IMG/VR virus record: IMGVR_UViG_3300014953_000001
Coordinates: 1-6,078 of that record
DNA from: a virus
DNA: 6,078 bases
Strand: one strand, 5' to 3'
Positions 1 to 4,018 of this stretch are shown piece by piece; position 1 is the first letter of the stretch; each line of letters begins with the position of its first letter. Made by a program: the position numbers and the translations under genes. The notes beneath the pieces were generated by a model. It did no database searches and had not been told where the DNA came from. It worked only from the letters and a program-made list of their open reading frames with translations.

Positions 1-77
1 TTTTGCATCTGATGTTTCTTTGTATGTTTGTGCTAGCATCATAGGTAATTTGATGTCAGACATTTTCATACCGATGC
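1..77. repeat. Terminal redundancy, left copy (identical to 6002-6078)
   Basis: Base-by-base comparison: ttttgcatctgatgtttctttgtatgtttgtgctagcatcataggtaatttgatgtcagacattttcataccgatgc occurs at 1-77 and again at 6002-6078. This is a direct repeat at both window ends, the signature of a circular contig (overlap length 77). Confidence 0.97.
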
Positions 78-387
78 CTGTCCGGTTATTGTGTAGCCAG
101 CTGTTGTATAACCGAATTCCTCCGAAGAACATGAAGTGTTGTAATTTGAATGATCCGAACAGCGGCCCAAGTGTTGGTTGACTCAGTGTTTTGTTTATTA
201 GATTTATGTCTATGATATCTCCTTTTTGACAAAGTATCTTGCAGAACGGCACAAGCATTCCTACTCCGATTGTTGATCTGAACACTGTTGATATATCATG
301 AGTAGACATGTCATAGTCTCTCATTGCGACTTTCATCTTATTATTGTCGCCCAGCGTGTTTTTTCCTAAGGTTCTTACAATTGCCAT
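1..387 (-). CDS. VP1: Major capsid protein VP1 (F-like), N-terminal 129 codons; continues across the circular junction into 4439..6001
   Basis: Not in the supplied track because the ORF runs off the window start. The minus-strand ATG is at 387-385, 3 nt after the TAA of the upstream 77-aa ORF. My hand translation of 387->70 gives MAIVRTLGKNTLGDNNKMKVAMRDYDMSTHDISTVFRSTIGVGMLVPFCKILCQKGDIIDINLINKTLSQPTLGPLFGSFKLQHFMFFGGIRLYNSWLHNNRTGIG (106 codons, no stop). It continues at 69 with MKMSDIKLPMML..., the first residues of the 4439..6070 ORF (position 69 = 6070 through the overlap). The H-D-I-S ... G-x-L-x-P ... G-D block followed by a hydrophobic FF...R....W stretch is the N-terminal signature of microvirus F/VP1 proteins. 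Compare phiX174 F as I remember it: HDLSHLGF...IAGDSF...FYVPHRHVYG. Confidence 0.93.
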   Translation of the reverse strand, partial: MAIVRTLGKNTLGDNNKMKVAMRDYDMSTHDISTVFRSTIGVGMLVPFCKILCQKGDIIDINLINKTLSQPTLGPLFGSFKLQHFMFFGGIRLYNSWLHNNRTGIGMKMSDIKLPMMLAQTYKETSDAK

Positions 388-390
388 AGT

Positions 391-624
391 TTATTTCTCC
401 TCTTTTTTTGTTGTTTCTTTCTGTTTTTCCTCCCATTGTTCAGCTTCTTTGCAAGCATAGATCAGTGCTGCCACTAGATTCCAATCTGTTGCGTCGATTA
501 CTTTTTGGGCTTCTTCTTCTGATTGGAATACTTGCTCAGTAGCCAAGTGATTACCAATAGTAATGATAACTTCATCTGTTTCTGCGTCTTTTTTTCTGAT
601 TTTAAAGGCTTCTTTTAAGTTCAT
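391..624 (-). CDS. Hypothetical small protein, 77 aa, mildly acidic
   Basis: Complete ORF in the gene-dense minus-strand block. Its ATG is 5 nt after the stop of the preceding ORF (630-632), and its TAA (391-393) is 3 nt before the VP1 ATG. By my count it has 18 D/E against 12 K/R, with a Lys/Glu-rich tail. I recognise no motif. Confidence 0.6.
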   Translation of the reverse strand: MNLKEAFKIRKKDAETDEVIITIGNHLATEQVFQSEEEAQKVIDATDWNLVAALIYACKEAEQWEEKQKETTKKEEK

Positions 625-629
625 GATTT

Positions 630-830
630 TTATTTTTTTTGGTTAATATTGATTTTTGTACTGTCAACCGAACTAGTTGTTGTTTGTTCAGTTTTTTGAG
701 TACTGTTTTGATTGTTTTTGCTCACACTGAGTGACATTGTACAACTCTGTGCGGTTAATACTGCGGTTATGCTGATGATTGCAGTGCATATTATCTTTAT
801 GATTTCGTAAGTTATTTTCTTTTTATCCAT
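630..830 (-). CDS. Small predicted lipoprotein or single-pass membrane protein, 66 aa (track ORF 630..935 with the start moved to the internal ATG at 830)
   Basis: From Met36 of the 101-aa track ORF the product is MDKKKITYEIIKIICTAIISITAVLTAQSC/TMSLSVSKNNQNSTQKTEQTTTSSVDSTKININQKK. It has a basic n-region, an 18-20 residue hydrophobic core, then A-Q-S-C, which resembles the loose x-S-C lipoboxes common in Bacteroidota. A 36-residue Ser/Thr/Asn/Gln-rich tail follows. The ATG at 830 overlaps the stop of the upstream 88-aa ORF as ATGGATAA (823-830), a typical coupling arrangement. The longer 935 start would overlap that ORF by 113 nt in another frame. Confidence 0.6.
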   Translation of the reverse strand: MDKKKITYEIIKIICTAIISITAVLTAQSCTMSLSVSKNNQNSTQKTEQTTTSSVDSTKININQKK

Positions 831-1089
831 CGTTAAATAATTTAGTTTGGCAATTATTCCATTTTTCAAGGTTGATTTTTTCGTAATCGTAAACAGTTCT
901 ACATAGTAACCTCCTTTCTTGTCTATTAAATTCATACTCTTTTAATATTTCGTCGTTCCACATCTGATATGCATTGTCTTTTGTGTTTTTTTGCATATTC
1001 AGATACATGTGCCACTTTAGTTCTCGAAATGTATTGAATTTTTGTGCACCATATTTATAGTGTACAATTTTTTTCTTCTTTTTTATCAT
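823..1089 (-). CDS. Hypothetical protein, 88 aa, poly-Lys N-terminus (possibly the C-terminal part of a split 144-aa gene)
   Basis: Complete ORF MIKKKKKIVHYKYG... in the co-oriented small-ORF block. Its ATG lies inside the second copy of a 10-nt tandem duplication (see repeat 1081-1100). I recognise no motif. Confidence 0.5.
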   Translation of the reverse strand: MIKKKKKIVHYKYGAQKFNTFRELKWHMYLNMQKNTKDNAYQMWNDEILKEYEFNRQERRLLCRTVYDYEKINLEKWNNCQTKLFNDG

Positions 1090-1267
1090 TTTTTATCATT
1101 ACTTTATTGGTTTCTACTATGCATATAATTTCAAACGTACTTGTATCCATTGTTTCATTTGCGATTGCTATCGCTGTTTTGTAAGTCCATTTTGCCAGTA
1201 ATGGGAATGTTACTACTATTCCGTTGTCTTTTCTTCTTGTGATAATTGTCCAATTTGTTGCTGCCAT
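1055..1267 (-). CDS. Hypothetical protein, 70 aa (possibly the N-terminal part of a split 144-aa gene)
   Basis: This is the first ORF downstream of the predicted minus-strand promoter, with its ATG at 1267. The last 14 codons (MIKNDKKEEKNCTL) begin at the 10-nt tandem duplication, and 35 nt of them overlap the 88-aa ORF. I recognise no motif. Confidence 0.5.
   Translation of the reverse strand: MAATNWTIITRRKDNGIVVTFPLLAKWTYKTAIAIANETMDTSTFEIICIVETNKVMIKNDKKEEKNCTL
1081..1100. repeat. Exact 10-nt tandem duplication (ttttatcatt x2; minus strand AATGATAAAA x2)
   Basis: 1081-1090 and 1091-1100 are identical, and period-10 identity extends over 1079-1100. Each minus-strand copy carries an ATG. 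The first is in the 70-aa ORF frame and the second is the start of the 88-aa ORF. Confidence 0.95.
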
Positions 1268-1285
1268 AATTTTTTTGTTTTTATT

Positions 1286-1299
1286 GTTCCACGTGGAAC
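1286..1299. promoter_or_regulatory. Perfect 14-nt palindrome GTTCCACGTGGAAC in the leader of the small-ORF/VP1 operon
   Basis: gttccacgtggaac equals its own reverse complement. It lies 19 nt upstream of the ATG at 1267 and about 25-35 nt downstream of the predicted -7 box. It could be a dimeric protein-binding site, or a 5-bp stem with an ACGU loop in the transcript. Confidence 0.35.
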
Positions 1300-1328
1300 G
1301 GTTAATACTTTTGTTTTTTCTTACACTA

Positions 1329-1359
1329 CAAAGGTACGTAATTTTTCTGATTCTCCAAA
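1329..1359 (-). promoter_or_regulatory. Bacteroidota-type promoter (-33 TTTG / -7 TAnnTTTG) for the small-ORF + VP1 + VP3 transcription unit
   Basis: The minus strand reads ...AAATTTGgagaatcagaaaaattacgTAccTTTGtagtg... The TTTG is at 1359-1356, followed by a 19-nt spacer and then TACCTTTG at 1336-1329. This matches the Bacteroides consensus (TTTG and TAnnTTTG, Bayley et al. 2000) at a spacing I recall as acceptable. It sits at the 3' edge of the long non-coding region, about 60 nt upstream of the first ORF. The -7 octamer alone is expected about once or twice per 6 kb by chance. The correctly spaced TTTG and the location add the weight. Confidence 0.45.
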
Positions 1360-1413
1360 TTTCTCTGTTACTTTATAACTTTCTTTAACGTTTCCATAGC
1401 GCGAGCGACAAAT

Positions 1414-1792
1414 ACAGGGTTCTAGGGCGTTGCCCTAGAGCGTTAGCACCTTGATATCGCCAAAGGCGCATACCACGACCTTCGGTCGGGTACACGCCTG
1501 TCCTTAAACGGTTTCTGTAGGTAACAAATCTTTACTCTTTAGCTACTCTTACCGCCCTGTAAAATTAAAATAAAATATTCCGCATGGTATAGTCCGTTTG
1601 TTACGGACCAGATGTTATCGTGAAACGATAACTGATTGATAATCTGCATAGTGTGGAGGAAGCTCGGAGAGCTTTCGTAGAGTGAAGGTGTTTCGACACC
1701 GGAACGGCCGAGGTCGTTGACCGAGTAAAAATCCGCCGTAGGCGCTACCTAGAGTTGCATTTCAAGCATCTCGAGCGCAGCGAAGCCTCTAG
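1414..1792. other. GC-rich array of short hairpins in the VP4-to-small-ORF non-coding region (candidate complementary-strand origin and/or structured RNA)
   Basis: Hand-found perfect or near-perfect stems, plus-strand coordinates. H1: 1421-1428/1432-1439 (8 bp, loop gtt). H3: 1465-1498 (13 Watson-Crick pairs, one bulged base, and two C-A mismatches that become G-T/G-U wobbles on the gene-sense strand). H4: 1592-1597/1603-1608 (6 bp, 5-nt loop). H5: 1614-1620/1626-1632 (7-8 bp), nested inside 1609-1613/1642-1646. H6: 1660-1665/1669-1674 (6 bp). H7: 1687-1691/1696-1700 (5 bp, TTCG loop). H8: 1712-1715/1719-1722. H9: 1734-1737/1741-1744. Long-range pairs: 1414-1419/1555-1560 and 1749-1754/1787-1792. 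My base count for 1381-1800 is 201/420 G+C (48%), against 30-33% in two sampled coding lines. Confidence 0.6.
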
Positions 1793-2829
1793 AACGGACA
1801 GTAGGTCCTGTCTTTTAGTGAATAGAACGGATCTTTTTCCTCTCTGGCTATCACCCTTCTTTGATTTCGTTTTCTTTGTGTCAGATTTTGCAACTTATTC
1901 ATTCGGTTTATTGCTTTTTTTCGGATGATATCTTCTTCTACGTCACCGTGTAATGGTGCTCCTTCTTCGTTTTTTTGTCTTACCAGTGTTTCGTAGTAAT
2001 CTTTGTTCACTGTGTTAGCTTCTATTACTTCGAATCCTTTTACCCACTTGACTCCTTTATCTTCGGCATATAGCCATAGTAATTGTCTCTGATCGTCTGT
2101 ATATATGGCTGTTTTGTAGTATCTTGGTAATGGTAGATCTTGTCCGTTATGTGCTTTATATGTAATAATTGTTTTTTCTCCATTCCATCTGTGTTTTAGT
2201 TGGTTTTCCTTTGCATAGTTTGCTCCAAGCCCTTTGCTGCATAGTACTATTGATGTATAGTCAGGATTGTCTTCATCCTTTTTTGTCATGTATTTTGATA
2301 CATAGTTTATTGTTCTTTCATTGACATATCTTCCGTAGTATCTATACCCGTCTATCCAATTTTCATATAATAATTTTGTCAATTGCCATTTAGTTTGTCC
2401 TTTTCTTGCATAGTATAATCCGTGTAAATGTATTCTTCTCGTGTTGGTATGTCCTTTTTCTGTTACACACCAGTGTTTTACCGATTTACCTGTTTCTTTT
2501 CTGATTCTTTCCAGGAATAATCTGTGTATTTTTGTGATTATCTCGTTATCTTGCGATCCGTCGTTTTTAAAGCCATATCTTTTACAGATATATTCATATC
2601 TTTGTGGAGATACTGTTCCTGTAAAAAACACTGCATGAGGTGTTTCTTTCAGTTGTTCGTAGTTTCTGATTCTCCATTCTCTTCTCTTTTTTTTACGACA
2701 TTCAAAACAGTGTCCGCATTCTACTTCTACGTATCTGAATCTTTCGTCTGTGCATACAGGCGGATTCCACCTGTTCTTTCGATTAGGTAGAAACCGCTTG
2801 TTTAGTACTCTTTTTGTGAAGTAACACAT
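1789..2829 (-). CDS. VP4: Rolling-circle replication initiation protein VP4 (phiX174 A-like HUH endonuclease)
   Basis: 346-aa ORF with an N-terminal MC..., and the Cys cluster CGHCFECRKKKRREW. The rolling-circle motifs are in canonical order: motif-1-like AVFFTGTV, the HUH motif RIHLHGLYY, and the double-tyrosine motif INYVSKYMTK (Y-x-x-K-Y, as in phiX174 protein A), followed by CSKGLG. The ATG at 2829 is 1 nt after the TAA of VP2 (2831-2833). Confidence 0.95.
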   Translation of the reverse strand: MCYFTKRVLNKRFLPNRKNRWNPPVCTDERFRYVEVECGHCFECRKKKRREWRIRNYEQLKETPHAVFFTGTVSPQRYEYICKRYGFKNDGSQDNEIITKIHRLFLERIRKETGKSVKHWCVTEKGHTNTRRIHLHGLYYARKGQTKWQLTKLLYENWIDGYRYYGRYVNERTINYVSKYMTKKDEDNPDYTSIVLCSKGLGANYAKENQLKHRWNGEKTIITYKAHNGQDLPLPRYYKTAIYTDDQRQLLWLYAEDKGVKWVKGFEVIEANTVNKDYYETLVRQKNEEGAPLHGDVEEDIIRKKAINRMNKLQNLTQRKRNQRRVIAREEKDPFYSLKDRTYCPF

Positions 2830-2830
2830 A

Positions 2831-3934
2831 TTACTTGTTTGGTTTTCTAATTACTTTTTCCAGTCTCTTGAGTAGAGATTGTGCTTGTTTGAACTTACTC
2901 ACAGATCCTATTATCTCTGACAATTGATCGATTCCTCCGTAGATCCATTCTCTGAGGTTTTTTTGGTTTTCGTTGTCTAGATGTCCTTTTCCGAGTTCAT
3001 AATCTTTTGCGATCTTGTCCACCATAGCTGCTGCTTGTTCTTTTGCCGCTTCAGCAGACATTCTCTTTGTTACCATCTCGTAGTAGAAGTTCTCTACTTC
3101 TTTTTGGATCTTTCTTGCGGTGTTGTAGTTGACGTCTACGATCGAGTCTTGTACTGCTCCTTCTTTTTGTAATAACGCTATCTCCGCCACTAGCTTTGCT
3201 ACTCTTTCCTCTTGAGTTTCGTCTAGATACTTTGTGTTCAGCATCTCTTGATTCCAGAGTTCGACTGCTTTCTGTGCATTGGCGTTTGCTTCCGTTACGT
3301 TTGCCGCTGCTATATTTTCCTTGCTTAATTGGATTCTGTTTTCAATCTCCTGCCATTTATTTTCAAGATCCTGCCCTTTTGTGTCTACTCCTGCGATTTT
3401 ATTTGCTTCTGCCAATGTTTTAGCTGTTTCAGCACTTGCAAGTCTGTTTTGCGCCTCTATCTGCTTCAGTTGTAGTCCCATTGCTTGTTGTTGTAGTGCT
3501 GCTTCTACAGGATTCATCTTCGGTCCGCTTGGCTGCATTCCGTCTCCGCCCGCTGTGCTTGCCGCTTGCCCTCCTCCGTTGCCGTACATAAGACCTACGC
3601 TTAGCCCTGCTTTTTCCATCTCGGCTCTTTGTGCTCCAAAGTTGGTGTCTTTCCACATTTGTAGGTTCCGCTTATATTCAGCATCTGCTGCTTGTTGTCC
3701 ATAGTTGTATTGAAGGCTCATTCCTTCCTTTTCATATTCCCATGCTTGTTGCATTAGTTTCTGTTTGTCTTTTAATCCATCATCGCCTTTGAATAATCCT
3801 CCGATTAGTCCGAGTCCTCCTCCGACTATTCCTCCGATCTCTGTTCCTAGTCCAGGGATTATACTTCCGATCGATGCTCCTGTTGCAGCTCCGGATAATA
3901 TTCCGTTAGCTCCTCCTTTTACGTCTAGCGCCAT
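2831..3934 (-). CDS. VP2: DNA pilot / minor capsid protein VP2 (H-like)
   Basis: 367-aa ORF. The N-terminal ~50 aa form a Gly/Ala/Ile-rich GxxxG-type glycine zipper (GGANGILSGAATGASIGSIIPGLGTEIGGIVGGGLGLIGGLFKG). The remainder is Ala/Gln/Glu/Lys/Asn-rich and looks helical or coiled coil. This is the architecture of the phiX174 H-type pilot protein and of VP2 in non-phiX microviruses. It lies directly upstream of VP4. Confidence 0.85.
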   Translation of the reverse strand: MALDVKGGANGILSGAATGASIGSIIPGLGTEIGGIVGGGLGLIGGLFKGDDGLKDKQKLMQQAWEYEKEGMSLQYNYGQQAADAEYKRNLQMWKDTNFGAQRAEMEKAGLSVGLMYGNGGGQAASTAGGDGMQPSGPKMNPVEAALQQQAMGLQLKQIEAQNRLASAETAKTLAEANKIAGVDTKGQDLENKWQEIENRIQLSKENIAAANVTEANANAQKAVELWNQEMLNTKYLDETQEERVAKLVAEIALLQKEGAVQDSIVDVNYNTARKIQKEVENFYYEMVTKRMSAEAAKEQAAAMVDKIAKDYELGKGHLDNENQKNLREWIYGGIDQLSEIIGSVSKFKQAQSLLKRLEKVIRKPNK

Positions 3935-3990
3935 AATAATAAAATTTTACATTCTTCGCGCTTACTTTTGAAGAAGCGCTACTTATATTC

Positions 3991-4018
3991 ACTTGATATA
4001 ATATGCTATATGCGTACT
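3991..4018 (-). other. dif-like 28-mer (candidate XerC/XerD recombination site, attP-like)
   Basis: The minus strand of 4018->3991 is AGTACGCATATAGCATATTATATCAAGT. Aligned without gaps to E. coli dif GGTGCGCATAATGTATATTATGTTAAAT it matches at 20 of 28 positions (my count). Matches include CGCATA in the XerC arm and ATATTAT spanning the central region and the start of the XerD arm. The site is in the VP3-VP2 intergenic region. Confidence 0.3.

Noticed and set aside
831-935. The N-terminal 35 codons of the 101-aa track ORF (start at 935).
   Set aside because: This extension overlaps the 88-aa ORF by 113 nt in another frame and would bury the signal-peptide-like segment internally. The internal ATG at 830 gives a canonical n-h-c signal layout and an ATGGATAA stop/start overlap. 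The long form cannot be excluded without data.
1055-1099. Programmed ribosomal frameshifting on the A-runs (GATAAAAAAGAAGAAAAAAA) to fuse the 70-aa and 88-aa ORFs.
   Set aside because: The 88-aa frame is +1 relative to the 70-aa frame. The A6G run is phased AAA AAA G rather than the A AAA AAG needed for classic -1 slippage. The exact 10-nt duplication explains the frame change more simply.
1306-1313. TACTTTTG on the plus strand, a second TAnnTTTG -7-like box pointing into the hairpin array, which would give an antisense or ncRNA transcript.
   Set aside because: The plus strand is T-rich, so several such octamers are expected by chance (roughly 4-5 in 6 kb by my estimate). The nearest upstream TTTG is 28 nt away, too far. 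It is kept in mind only as a possible driver of a plus-sense ncRNA.
1450-1457. CTTGATAT (in caCCTTGATATCgcc), matching the core of the phiX174 origin CAACTTG^ATATTAATAAC.
   Set aside because: It lies on the window plus strand, the complement of the virion/coding-sense strand that a microvirus Rep should nick. It is only an 8-mer, with about 0.2 chance occurrences expected in 12 kb of two-strand sequence, and the flanks do not match.
1533-1550. Direct repeat TACTCTT x2 at 11-nt spacing (1533-1539, 1544-1550), iteron-like.
   Set aside because: There are only two copies of a 7-mer in T-rich sequence, with no further copies nearby. This is not distinguishable from chance.
1506-1560. Short matches on the gene-sense strand to bacterial RNase P RNA conserved regions (GCGGTAAGAG, cf. 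GCGGUAAGAGCGCACC; ACAGAAACCG, cf. ACAGAACCCGGCUUA). Also GGAGGAAGCTCGG on the opposite strand at 1656-1667, cf. GAGGAAAGUCCGG.
   Set aside because: The elements are about 30 nt apart instead of about 170. The P4 5'-strand-like element is on the wrong strand. No P4 pairing partner sits in the right order, and no P1-P3 framework is visible. These look like coincidental decamers in GC-rich sequence, though a cmscan would settle it.
1539-1649. 36-codon minus-strand ORF (MQIINQLSFHDNIWSVTNGLYHAEYFILILQGGKSS) inside the long non-coding region.
   Set aside because: It runs straight through hairpins H5 and H4 and the A/T island, and lies upstream of the predicted promoter. It has no coupling to a neighbouring gene and is of a length readily open by chance.
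1727-1746. Possible terminator after VP4 on the minus strand (CGCC-TAC-GGCG followed by GATTTTTA).
   Set aside because: The stem is only 4 bp with a 3-nt loop, and a G-A separates it from the T-run. This is too weak to call and is treated as one of the array hairpins (H9).
1381-1792. tRNA or tRNA-fragment attP, hammerhead/twister-type self-cleaving ribozyme, or group II intron domain 5 within the structured region.
   Set aside because: There is no GTTCRANYC T-loop with a 5-bp stem and no cloverleaf spacing. There is no CUGANGA...GAAA hammerhead core on either strand. The 34-nt helix H3 lacks the AGC triad, the 2-nt 3' bulge and the GNRA loop of domain 5. This was eye inspection only.
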